DNA of 64,000 nt from the NCBI GenBank assembly GCA_043820105.1, contig JBDREC010000103.1, forward strand, positions 15,405 through 79,404. The letters are read 5' to 3'. The DNA is from Pseudomonadota bacterium. GTDB taxonomy: Bacteria; Bdellovibrionota_F; JAHFAK01; JBDREC01. Under the pieces are notes generated by a model. The model was not told where the DNA came from. It ran no database searches and was given only the letters and a program-made list of their open reading frames with translations. Positions 30,741 through 40,222 of the stretch are shown here, piece after piece. A program made the translations under genes and the position numbers. The stretch's first letter is position 1, and every line of letters starts with the position of its first letter.

Positions 30741-32369
30741 ATGAAGATTATACCTCGGAAAAAACTGTTTGCATCTCTTTTACTTTTATTTCTTTTTTCA
30801 TGTCAGCCAACAGAGGATTTGAAGATTGAAGACGGAAGCAATAATGAAAATCAGTCAAATATTTCTGAAGAAGATCTAGAGCTGATAGCTGATCTTAGAA
30901 TTAATTTAAGCGCTCAAATAGATTATGAATCAGTTTTAAATGATATAGGTGATCGCAGTTATATTATTACAAGAACTGATATTATTACCAGGACAGATAT
31001 CATAACAAGAACTGACATGAATTTTGAGCAAGATTTCAACGTATCAATTATTCCTAAAAGTGTTATTTCAAAGAAAAGTTCACTTTCCGAGATTACAGAT
31101 CCTTCTGAGCTATATATGCTTATTACATTAGAGCAGGCGTCTTCTACAGAAACATTAAAATCAATAAAGAATTTAAATGAAACAAAAATGGTTTATGGAT
31201 ATGCTTTCACCGATGAAGATGGAAGTTTTTTATTAAATGCCCCTTTAATTGACCTGGACCTTGAACTAAGATCCTATTTTTTAACAGAAACTAATGAGCT
31301 GATCTTTTATAGTGTTATAAAGTCCTTGGATGATGAGGGTACGATTAACTTTGCATCTTTAATACTTGATGAAGTTAATGAAAGTGAGATTGCTGATGAA
31401 AAAGAAGGATTTTTCTTAGCCAATGCAAGTATTGACATTAATTTGGGTCGATTTAATGCTGTTGCTGGAGAATTAACTGGAGAATTTCAAACTTTTTCTG
31501 AACTTATTGCTGAAGCTATTTTAGAAGAAATTGAAACCTATACAGCTGGTGGTGGCGATTTAGGTGATGGAGATGGTGACGGTGACGGCGACGGCGATGG
31601 AGATGGCGACGGCGATGGTGACGGCGATGGTGACGGCGACGAGGAAGAAAATCCATTTTCAGAAATGGGCCTTTATTTTGCCTTTAATGAGGGAAGTGGA
31701 GATTCCTTCTCATCTGATGCTTCAGTCACTCTAGCAATGGAAGAGGATATGTGGGAAACAAATCCTGCGAATGTCAAAGCTGGGAATTCCTCTCTCTATC
31801 TCCCAAATCAACCAAATAGGGAATGTGTAATTGCTGAACAGCTACCAGAAATTACAAATCAGTTAACTATTATGGCGTGGGTAAAGGCAGAGGCAGGGTT
31901 TTTGAATGAAAACCTAGGAAAACCTCTCGTTATAGTAAGTAAATATGATGATGATTACTATGAAAACAGTTCATTAAATCTATACCTAAGTGGTACAAAT
32001 ACAAGGTGGGAGCTTGTTTTTGAACTTTTCAGAGATGATTCTTCAATGGAAATTGGACAGAACTCTGTGAGTGCTAATTTGCAACCTGATATCTGGTACC
32101 ATATTGCTGCAGTATATGATAAGGGGTATATTTATCTTTATTTGGATGGTATTTTGTTAACAGATATCGATCCAGAAGAACGCGGTGATGGTAGTTTGTC
32201 AAATATCCTTGATAGCACAGATGTAAATCTTGTAATTGGGGCAGAGCAAAATGGTGAAAATGAATTAGGTAAAATATATCGTTCGAATTTTGAAGGACTA
32301 ATGGATGAAGTATTTATATTAAATCAGGCTTTATCAGAAAGCCAGATTTATGATTATCTTAATCCTTAA
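30741..32369 (+). CDS. Secreted lipoprotein with IITRTD x3 repeat, long (GD)n tract and C-terminal LamG/ConA-like lectin domain
   Basis: Lipobox (LFSCQ); GDGDGD...GD tract encoded at 31563-31640; C-terminal LTIMAWVKAE ... IWYHIAAVYD ... LYLDG ... EGLMDEVFILNQAL resembles laminin-G/pentraxin-like fold. Confidence 0.55.
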   Translation: MKIIPRKKLFASLLLLFLFSCQPTEDLKIEDGSNNENQSNISEEDLELIADLRINLSAQIDYESVLNDIGDRSYIITRTDIITRTDIITRTDMNFEQDFNVSIIPKSVISKKSSLSEITDPSELYMLITLEQASSTETLKSIKNLNETKMVYGYAFTDEDGSFLLNAPLIDLDLELRSYFLTETNELIFYSVIKSLDDEGTINFASLILDEVNESEIADEKEGFFLANASIDINLGRFNAVAGELTGEFQTFSELIAEAILEEIETYTAGGGDLGDGDGDGDGDGDGDGDGDGDGDGDGDEEENPFSEMGLYFAFNEGSGDSFSSDASVTLAMEEDMWETNPANVKAGNSSLYLPNQPNRECVIAEQLPEITNQLTIMAWVKAEAGFLNENLGKPLVIVSKYDDDYYENSSLNLYLSGTNTRWELVFELFRDDSSMEIGQNSVSANLQPDIWYHIAAVYDKGYIYLYLDGILLTDIDPEERGDGSLSNILDSTDVNLVIGAEQNGENELGKIYRSNFEGLMDEVFILNQALSESQIYDYLNP

Positions 32370-32420
32370 AATCTATTTTCTTAATATTATTTTTCAAATA
32401 TATTTTTGATCGTTCAAATT

Positions 32421-33863
32421 TTAATTAGTTCCCTTCCTGAAATTCACTTTTTACGATCAATTTAAAGAGCAATTTCACAACTTTTGTATCTAATGAAATT
32501 TTCATACATGAATCGATCAACAAATGACTCTAAGAAGTGTTTTAATCAAAAAGCAGACGAACCCCGCCTTTATTTTAAAGCGTTTTCGATAAATCAGACT
32601 ATATATAATTGCTGTGCTAATTTAACAGATGTCTCGCTATCATCAGCAAATTAGCCGAGATAACCGATGACCATGCAAAACTTTTGAACGATTCAAAACC
32701 TGACAAGTTACACCTATCCAAACTAAAGCATCTCTTCAAAAAGGAGATCATTCCTTCTATGCCTGCACGAAAATCGCGCAGTCTTTTGTAGACCCAGGTG
32801 CTTTTTACCATATCGATTATTTTGATCCCTCTCTTACGGCTGAACATTACATCTTTTACTCCAAGCTCTTTGATTTCTTTTACATTATCCTTTGAAGCAA
32901 AGCCTCCATCCATCGCGACTTGCCTTGGCAATCGATTAAAAACATCTTCTTGCCTTTCAACCATTTTTACTGCTAATGAGGTATCAGAAGGATTGCCTTT
33001 TTCTATTTTTAAATCTGTAATTAATCCTGAAACTCCACTTGTAAGTGCTATTTTATGACCAAATTCAGTTTCTCGTTTTTTCTCTGATCTAGTGTTTAGG
33101 ATGCCCATTCTGCGCCTTTTTGCTCGTTTTGTATGGTCTATGAAATTAAATCCATTTACATCTAGCTTATCTTTTGCCTTCATCATAATTCTTGATAAAA
33201 CTCTAACACAATCATATAGCAATGATGAATCATAAGGTTTATGAATGTTTGTTTCCGTTTCAGTACAGTCAATTCTTACCTTCCTGCCTTTCTCAATTCC
33301 TTTTTCTACTGCAATTTTGATTAAGATTATATTTATTGACTCTAATGTAGTTGGTTTTAATTTTTTTATAGCTCGTTGAAGTGCAGACTTTTTCGGAGGA
33401 CAATCAGCAAAACCAATTCTACAAAAGTTGCGATAAGTTCTTGAATCAGCTAAATGAAAGGCCAATTGTTCATAGCTAAAGTTATTCATTTGCTTTATAA
33501 TGAGCAAACGAATTGCAAGCTCAGCACTAACCCCATTACGACCTATCTTGGGTTTCTTCCTTCCCGCAATAAGATCAGCATGAACAAGCTCCATGATCTT
33601 TTTTGATTCGTCTAATAGTTCTGATATTTTTTCCAATTCTTTTGCATGTTGATGTTCAAAATTTGTCTCGACAAGTGCTTGTTGATGTTTTATGATTTCT
33701 CTCATCAGGGCTTTTCCTCCTTCAATATTGCGGTGTTCCGCAATATTGTTTGAATTTTAGATTATATTTGGAGGATACAAAAGCCCTGATTATTTTTCAA
33801 GAATATTGTCTCTTTTGCCTGATTTTTCTGCTATTTAGAATTTCGGGATGGGAACTATTTAGA
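32421..33863. mobile_element. IS element of the IS4/IS5 superfamily, approx 1.44 kb, with imperfect 25-bp terminal inverted repeats
   Basis: Left end TTAATTAGTTCCCTTCCTGAAATTC (32421-32445) matches the reverse complement of the right end 33838-33863 at about 21/25 positions; single DDE-type transposase ORF inside. Confidence 0.6.
32617..33705 (-). CDS. DDE transposase (IS4/IS5 superfamily)
   Basis: C-terminal RAGIEGMISFLKR ... signature and DCTETETNIHKPYDSSLL region typical of IS4/IS5-type transposases; lies between terminal inverted repeats. Confidence 0.7.
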   Translation of the reverse strand: MREIIKHQQALVETNFEHQHAKELEKISELLDESKKIMELVHADLIAGRKKPKIGRNGVSAELAIRLLIIKQMNNFSYEQLAFHLADSRTYRNFCRIGFADCPPKKSALQRAIKKLKPTTLESINIILIKIAVEKGIEKGRKVRIDCTETETNIHKPYDSSLLYDCVRVLSRIMMKAKDKLDVNGFNFIDHTKRAKRRRMGILNTRSEKKRETEFGHKIALTSGVSGLITDLKIEKGNPSDTSLAVKMVERQEDVFNRLPRQVAMDGGFASKDNVKEIKELGVKDVMFSRKRGIKIIDMVKSTWVYKRLRDFRAGIEGMISFLKRCFSLDRCNLSGFESFKSFAWSSVISANLLMIARHLLN

Positions 33864-34084
33864 GCATTAACACCTTCCGAAATGGCGTCATTAGAAAATT
33901 ATTAAAAAATGTTTTTTATTGCCTTCCTTTTTTAAATGACATAATATATCTAAATTAATTAAAACATTGTTTTTTGGTGTTGGAACTTGCGAATTAAAAG
34001 ACATATTTTTATTGTTAGTATATTTTTACTTTACTCCATAAATTCTTATGCATCTTCTTTTTTATTTTTTTCTTTGTTCAGTGC

Positions 34085-34276
34085 TTGTGCATCGCCAGGG
34101 AAGATATTATTGTTGAGGTTGATTCATCAGAGCCCCTTATGAACAGTGAAGAATTTACTACAAAATTTATAACCGGATTAGACAACTTATGTGACTATTT
34201 TGATGAACTGATAATATTTGGAGAAGCTCTTAAATCAGACGATATTTCAAAAATCTATGATTTCTATACAAAATAA
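34085..34276 (+). CDS. Small acidic ORF of uncertain reality, possibly remnant of a gene disrupted by the IS
   Basis: ORF-track start is TTG; internal ATG lacks an RBS; 20 nt upstream of the next gene. Confidence 0.2.
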   Translation: MCIAREDIIVEVDSSEPLMNSEEFTTKFITGLDNLCDYFDELIIFGEALKSDDISKIYDFYTK

Positions 34277-34296
34277 AATTTGCCAGAGAGGAAAAT

Positions 34297-35403
34297 ATGG
34301 ACGGGAAGGTTTTCTATCTTAGACTCTATGATGTTGGAGGCACTATTGATATAAGAAAACTAAAAGAAAGAGTTAAGGACTCAACAAAGAAATTAAAGCT
34401 TTCTATTCAATCTTTTTCTTCAAATTATTTTGATTTGCCTTCATATTTTGTTATGGAAACTTCGTGTGTAAATTTGGAAACTTCATTTGGGTGTTTTGAA
34501 ATTGAACCGGAAATTAAAATATTTCCAATAGGGGTTGTTTCCTTAAGTATCTGCGTTGAATTTAATGGGATATCATTTGAGAAGTTGAATGAATACCATG
34601 AATTAAAAATAATTGATAATGGCGAGGAAAAAGAGCTTCAAACTTTTTTTCGAAAACATTTTGATGATGTCATGCAAAAGATAAAGTTTGCCTTGACCGA
34701 GATATATGAAATTGATGTAGCACCTGAAATTTACACCGTTTTTTGCGTACATAATACTGACGGAATATCTGTTGATGATTTATTAAGCACTCATAGAAAA
34801 AAACTAGCTGGTTTGATTACAAATGATAAAACTTATAAAAATTTGGGTGAAAAACAGGTCGATGATATCCTGAACTGGTGGTTTTCTTATGATAAAAACG
34901 ACTTAACAGTACTTGATTGGGATGCAGCTTTTATTGTTGATTCAAAAAAAGATTTTGATGCCATGCTTTTTGTTTTTGAAATCAGCAATATTATGCTTCT
35001 TGAGCTTAAAACTTATGATATATACTTAAATAAAATTTTAGAAAAAGCATATAGAGATATAGACAAATTTTATGGTAAAAAATTGAAATTTTCTATTCCC
35101 AGTATAACTTTAAAAGAAATTATAAAAACAAGGATGGATTTTTTAAAAATGACAGATCAGCTGACAAATACTACGAAATTTTTAGGAGAATGGTTTTTTG
35201 CCAAAGTTTATAATGCATGTACTGATAAATTTCATTTAAATGACTGGGAAAAAAGTATAAATAAAAAGCTTGCAACATTGAATGAACTCTATACTGTTCT
35301 TTCAGATTCGATGAGAAACAGGGCAGCCTTAGTACTTGAATCAAGTATAGTTCTATTGTTCATTGTTGATGTAATAATTCTTGTTATTCCATTAATTTTC
35401 TAA
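34297..35403 (+). CDS. Hypothetical protein with C-terminal membrane anchor, first gene of the radical-SAM cluster
   Basis: GAGG RBS 7 nt upstream; C-terminal hydrophobic helix LVLESSIVLLFIVDVIILVIPLIF; no family recognised. Confidence 0.5.
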   Translation: MDGKVFYLRLYDVGGTIDIRKLKERVKDSTKKLKLSIQSFSSNYFDLPSYFVMETSCVNLETSFGCFEIEPEIKIFPIGVVSLSICVEFNGISFEKLNEYHELKIIDNGEEKELQTFFRKHFDDVMQKIKFALTEIYEIDVAPEIYTVFCVHNTDGISVDDLLSTHRKKLAGLITNDKTYKNLGEKQVDDILNWWFSYDKNDLTVLDWDAAFIVDSKKDFDAMLFVFEISNIMLLELKTYDIYLNKILEKAYRDIDKFYGKKLKFSIPSITLKEIIKTRMDFLKMTDQLTNTTKFLGEWFFAKVYNACTDKFHLNDWEKSINKKLATLNELYTVLSDSMRNRAALVLESSIVLLFIVDVIILVIPLIF

Positions 35404-35592
35404 AATAATTCTTATAATGTGCACTACTTTCCTGCTTCCACTGATAAGCTTCAAATATCACAAAGTAATTTTATGCACCGCTTTTGACGGGGTACTTTTA
35501 GATCGAAATCTTTAACTTGACTAGTATTTAAATTAAATCAATAGAATGGATTATTGCAAAAAACTAAAAGTTATTAAACCTAGGTTATTAAA

Positions 35593-37218
35593 ATGAATAA
35601 AAAAAAATTAATATACAGTTCGATAAAAGCCATTAAAATTAGTGAACCTAGGATTGAACATTTACAAAAAACAATTGAAAACTTGCTTGGCATAGTTGAA
35701 TTTGAATATAAAGGAAAACCCGTCAAAATAGATGCTTTTAGATTAAAAAAGCTTAAAACATGGGCTAATAATCATTGTCATTATTCTTCTTTTATTAATT
35801 TTGACCTTGCTCGTGAATGTAATATTAACTGTGTTTTTTGTGTTCATCACGGTGACCCGAAAGATCTAATCTTTGAAAATGGCAAGTGTCATATTTCAGA
35901 AGAAGAGTTTTATACTAGATTAAAATATTACAATCCAACCTTACAAACTGGTTTGTTTATACCTTTATATAGGTGGAGAGAAGCTCTTCTTAGTGAAAAA
36001 TCGATAAAATATTTTAAAAAAATTAGAGAAAAAACTAATGGATTATTGACATTCTGGTCAAATGGATCCGTTTTAACGGAAAAAGTTATTAAAAAATTAA
36101 GTAAACTTAAACCAATTTTTTTAATGCTATCGTTAAACAATGCAAGAGAAGAATATCGCTTCAAATTTATGAATGATAAAAATCCTAAAATAGCCATAGA
36201 TTCTCTTAAACTTCTAGATAAACATCAGATAGCCTATGCTGTTAGTATTTTAAAATGGCCAGGTGTTGATATTGAAAGTCTTGAAGAAACTGTTTTTTAC
36301 GTATCAAAACACAATCCAATTTTCATTAGATTTATACTGCCGGGTTTTACAAAATATTCTAACCTTCCTAAAAAACACCAATTTGAAAACATTGAAGATG
36401 AATGGAAATGTATTATTAAATTGGCCAATAAACTGAGAAATAAAATATCCTGTCCTTTGCTTACTGTGCCGATGGTGTATGAAGATGATTTCTATCATAA
36501 GAAGATAGATAAATTAATAGTAGGGGGGGTAGTGAAAAACGCCCCTGCTTACAATTTAATAAAAAACAAAGACATTATCCTTGGAATTAACAATATTACA
36601 GTTGGAGGAAGACAAGAGGGAGTTGATTATTTAACAAGTCTTTATGAATATAAAAAACTCAAAAAAATTAAGCTGAAAGTCTTAAGACAAAAACAAATAA
36701 TTTATGTTACATTAACAAAGCATCCATATAGTTTTCCTTATACTAGAGAATATGAAGAAATTTATTCATTTCCCTTTGGTATGATTTTTGCCAATGGGTT
36801 TGATGATATGACAATCCAGGGAATAGCCAAAATTATTGAAGAAAACAAAGCAAAAAATGTAGTTATATTTGTAAGTGATTTAATAAAACCATCCTTCTTA
36901 AAAACAATTAAAAGGTTAAAATTAAAACAATATTTAAGGGATAATTTTAAAGCAAAGTTTAGAGTAGAAACAGCTGAGAATGATTTTTTTGGCAAAGCAA
37001 TCTTACCAGGAAGTCTACTTGTTTGCGATGATTACATAAAAAGAATTAAAACTTTATTAAAGGAAAATATAAAGATAGATCTTATTATAATTCCCTCCTC
37101 CATATTTTTTTCTTCAATGGGCTGGAAGAGAGATTTAAAGGGAGATATATTTAAAAAAATAGAAAAAGAATGCAAAATAAAAGTAGAAATAATTGATTGC
37201 GAGATAATGAATAATTAA
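35593..37218 (+). CDS. Radical SAM enzyme with internal PDZ-like domain
   Basis: CxxxCxxC (CNINCVFC) near residue 77; PDZ-like segment LIVGGVVKNAPAYNLIKNKDIILGINNITVGG; 541 aa. Confidence 0.6.
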   Translation: MNKKKLIYSSIKAIKISEPRIEHLQKTIENLLGIVEFEYKGKPVKIDAFRLKKLKTWANNHCHYSSFINFDLARECNINCVFCVHHGDPKDLIFENGKCHISEEEFYTRLKYYNPTLQTGLFIPLYRWREALLSEKSIKYFKKIREKTNGLLTFWSNGSVLTEKVIKKLSKLKPIFLMLSLNNAREEYRFKFMNDKNPKIAIDSLKLLDKHQIAYAVSILKWPGVDIESLEETVFYVSKHNPIFIRFILPGFTKYSNLPKKHQFENIEDEWKCIIKLANKLRNKISCPLLTVPMVYEDDFYHKKIDKLIVGGVVKNAPAYNLIKNKDIILGINNITVGGRQEGVDYLTSLYEYKKLKKIKLKVLRQKQIIYVTLTKHPYSFPYTREYEEIYSFPFGMIFANGFDDMTIQGIAKIIEENKAKNVVIFVSDLIKPSFLKTIKRLKLKQYLRDNFKAKFRVETAENDFFGKAILPGSLLVCDDYIKRIKTLLKENIKIDLIIIPSSIFFSSMGWKRDLKGDIFKKIEKECKIKVEIIDCEIMNN

Positions 37219-37235
37219 AAGAATTAAGGATATAT

Positions 37236-37439
37236 ATGTCAAATCCAAATCTTTCAAATACTAAAGACTTCATTTATAGATACAAAATAAATACCAATAA
37301 ACCAGAAATGGATCTTGTTTCATTTTATAAACAGCAAATTAAAGACTTATTAGAGATTGTTGATCTATATTCTAGCAATAAGAAAATTAACTTAAATGGA
37401 TTTTCTTTTATAAATAAAAATAAAATTCACAAACTCTAA
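37236..37439 (+). CDS. Small protein (67 aa) between the two radical SAM genes; candidate precursor peptide or accessory factor
   Basis: AAGGA RBS 8 nt upstream; no Cys; C-terminus NLNGFSFINKNKIHKL rich in aromatic/Asn/Lys residues. Confidence 0.4.
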   Translation: MSNPNLSNTKDFIYRYKINTNKPEMDLVSFYKQQIKDLLEIVDLYSSNKKINLNGFSFINKNKIHKL

Positions 37440-37464
37440 TTAATATTATTTTAAAGAAAAAAAT

Positions 37465-38265
37465 ATGAATTTAAGTTTCAAGTTAACAAATAAATGCAAT
37501 TATAAGTGTAAGTACTGCTATTTAGCTCCTACTAAAAAAACAACTAATTTAAAATTAGAACATTTTGATAAGTTTCTTCAGTTCGCTGATCCAAAAAAAG
37601 ATTTAATAACCCTGTCAGGGGGTGAACCAACTTTGCACCCTGAAATAGATAAGATCTTAAGGCGCCTTGAGCATCACCAGATACGAATCTGTACAAATGG
37701 CACTTATCTTCAAAATATAATCCAAATGTTGGTACCTGAACATACAACTATTGATCTAAGTTTCCATTATTTTAACCGCCAAATTAAAAATGCTATTTCT
37801 CTTCTCATAAAATATAAGATAGAATATTTTATTAATATTGTCATACATGATGCAACTAAAAATAGGTTAAAAGAAATTATTGAACATACAAAACCTACAA
37901 AAAATTATCATCTTCTACACCCAACTGCAACAGATTCAAACACTATAGATGAAATCCAAGAAAATCAGTGGCGAACTTTAGTAAAAACAGCTAAAATTAT
38001 TTTTGATAAATATAATAAAAAAGTTTTTTATGAAAAATCATATAAAGATAAAACAGATAACTATTTTAGAAAAAAAATATGCTCTGGAACATATTCCAAT
38101 TTTATTGATGAGTATGGAAGAATATATCCATGTTCCTTCGGACCTGAATATGGTTTACCCTCTCTTAAGAAAACAGGTTCAATAAATTTTCATTCGAATT
38201 GTCCTTATTTGAAAAGTTCTATAGATAAAACTAAGACTTGCCCTTTTTTTATGGTGTTGCTGTAA
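37465..38265 (+). CDS. Radical SAM enzyme with C-terminal Cys-rich auxiliary-cluster (SPASM/twitch-like) region
   Basis: CxxxCxxC (CNYKCKYC) at residues 11-18; C-terminal Cys at CSGT, YPCSF, SNCPY, KTCPF. Confidence 0.65.
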   Translation: MNLSFKLTNKCNYKCKYCYLAPTKKTTNLKLEHFDKFLQFADPKKDLITLSGGEPTLHPEIDKILRRLEHHQIRICTNGTYLQNIIQMLVPEHTTIDLSFHYFNRQIKNAISLLIKYKIEYFINIVIHDATKNRLKEIIEHTKPTKNYHLLHPTATDSNTIDEIQENQWRTLVKTAKIIFDKYNKKVFYEKSYKDKTDNYFRKKICSGTYSNFIDEYGRIYPCSFGPEYGLPSLKKTGSINFHSNCPYLKSSIDKTKTCPFFMVLL

Positions 38266-38269
38266 AATT

Positions 38270-38395
38270 TTAGATTATTTTCAAATTCACAGTTTTATCC
38301 TTAACTGATCTTATAGGTTTCTCAATAGTTTTTCTCATAATAGATTCAGAAATTTCTTTGGTATTTTTTTTTATTCTAGTTTTTTTTGCTGGCAT
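38270..38395 (-). CDS. Unannotated 41-codon Lys-rich small ORF (MPAKKTRIKKNTKEISESIMRKTIEKPIRSVKDKTVNLKII)
   Basis: ATG at 38393-38395 on minus strand with GGAGA RBS approx 9 nt upstream; below the ORF-track length cut-off. Confidence 0.3.
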   Translation of the reverse strand: MPAKKTRIKKNTKEISESIMRKTIEKPIRSVKDKTVNLKII

Positions 38396-38631
38396 CTTAG
38401 TTTTCTCCTGTTTTAAACAAAATACATAATAATAATTTTATCGCAAGTTGTCATGATTGTCAAATTGTTTGTAATTTATTACATAGTGTTTCAAAATAAT
38501 CTGAAAAATTGCTGTGGGTTTAAAAGAATATTTTAAATTGACTTTGATGCAATAATACTCAAATGTTTAGCACAAAAATTGGTTAAAATATTATTTTATA
38601 TGCCAATTTTAATCATTAATTACACATTAAA

Positions 38632-39612
38632 TTGAAATTTATCAATATGGAAAATATAAGCAAACTATTTATAGAAGCCTTAAAGTTAAATAGTCTTGAA
38701 TTGCTTCGCCAAATACCTAAATCAGATTTACACAACCATGGCTTGCTTGGAGGAAGGCTAGATGAATATAAGAAATGGCAAAGATGTAATATTCCAAAAC
38801 CTCCTAATCGATTTTATAGTTTTAAAGCTTTTACAGACTATGTTGATAATGAAATTGCAATTAATTTCAAAGGGTGTAATTTACAGGACCTAAAACAGAA
38901 AATTACTTTTCTTATTGAATCAGCCTTTAGAGAAGCAAGAAAAGATAGCATTAAAATATTTGATATGAGTGTTGATGTATCTCTGCAAAATCTCTTTCAT
39001 GGAAATATAAAAGAGTTAATAAAATTTTTAAGTAATATTCATAAAAAAATAGCACCTCAAATTATTTATCGCCCATGTCTTGGAATAATTCGAACTACTA
39101 AACTTGAAGAATTTGAAAAACTTGTGTTTTCTTGTATTGAATCAGGTTTTTTTAAGTCAATAGATCTTTATGGAGATGAATATTATGGAAATATTAAGTC
39201 ATTTAGAAAAATATTTCAACGAGCAAAACAAGCAGGATTGAAATTAAAAATGCATGCAGGGGAATTTCGAGATGCAAGTTATGTAATAAAATGTATTGAA
39301 ACACTCGAAATTGATGAGATTCAACATGGCATATCAACTGCAAAATCCTTAGAAGCAATGAAATATCTCTATAGAAACAAAATTCGGTTAAATATCTGTC
39401 CTACAAGTAACATTAAGTTAAATAGAATTAAAAATTATGCTATTCATCCAATTCGTATTTTATATGATAATGGTGTGAATGTGACAATTAATTCAGATGA
39501 TATTATGATCTTCAATCAATGTGTTTCTGAAGAATACTTGAATCTTTTTAATGCTGATTTATTTAGCGCAAATGAACTGGATAATATTCGTATAACTGGA
39601 TTAGATCATTGA
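38632..39612 (+). CDS. Adenosine/AMP deaminase-like amidohydrolase
   Basis: PKSDLHNHGLLGG (metal-binding HxH near N-terminus) and VTINSDD near C-terminus resemble the adenosine deaminase family. Confidence 0.5.
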   Translation: MKFINMENISKLFIEALKLNSLELLRQIPKSDLHNHGLLGGRLDEYKKWQRCNIPKPPNRFYSFKAFTDYVDNEIAINFKGCNLQDLKQKITFLIESAFREARKDSIKIFDMSVDVSLQNLFHGNIKELIKFLSNIHKKIAPQIIYRPCLGIIRTTKLEEFEKLVFSCIESGFFKSIDLYGDEYYGNIKSFRKIFQRAKQAGLKLKMHAGEFRDASYVIKCIETLEIDEIQHGISTAKSLEAMKYLYRNKIRLNICPTSNIKLNRIKNYAIHPIRILYDNGVNVTINSDDIMIFNQCVSEEYLNLFNADLFSANELDNIRITGLDH

Positions 39613-39667
39613 ATTAAAATCAACCTTACATTAGAATGGTTATACAAAATAATTCCAGAGGAAGTTT

Positions 39668-40192
39668 TCAGCTAAGACACGTAATGTGCTCTGGCGCTAC
39701 TTTCCCAAGTGTCTTAACAAAAGTAACTTTTGAGTCATTTAAGTCATAAAAATCTTTTAATATACTTTCTTGGATATAGCCATTTTTTAAGTAAAATTGC
39801 CTGGTAGACTCATATTGAGGCTTAGAAGAAGTTTCAGCATATATATTTTTTCCGCCAAAACTGGCTATTTTTTGTTCTGTTTCTTTTAATAAATTTGACC
39901 CTATTTTTTGTCCTCTACAATCATTAGAAATTGCAATCCAATATAAATCATAACTACTTTTTGTACAAGCAATGTGCCCGAAAGAAGTGAAACCAACTGT
40001 TTTATTGTTATATTCTGAAAAGATAAAATTATATCCGCTTTTAATTCCTTTATCTAATCTTTCTTTAACAATCTCAACTGCTGTATCAATTTCATAATCA
40101 TGAAAAAAGCCAGTTGACGCAGTGATGAGTTTTACATTTTCGAGATCTTTTACTGATACTTCTTCTCGAAAATTTAATGATTTGTTTTCCAT
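39668..40192 (-). CDS. GNAT family N-acetyltransferase
   Basis: Acetyl-CoA-binding motif region CRGQKIGSNLL; last gene of the KamA/ATP-grasp operon. Confidence 0.65.
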   Translation of the reverse strand: MENKSLNFREEVSVKDLENVKLITASTGFFHDYEIDTAVEIVKERLDKGIKSGYNFIFSEYNNKTVGFTSFGHIACTKSSYDLYWIAISNDCRGQKIGSNLLKETEQKIASFGGKNIYAETSSKPQYESTRQFYLKNGYIQESILKDFYDLNDSKVTFVKTLGKVAPEHITCLS

Positions 40193-40222
40193 ATAATCCT
40201 TAAATAAATTAGTTAATAATAT

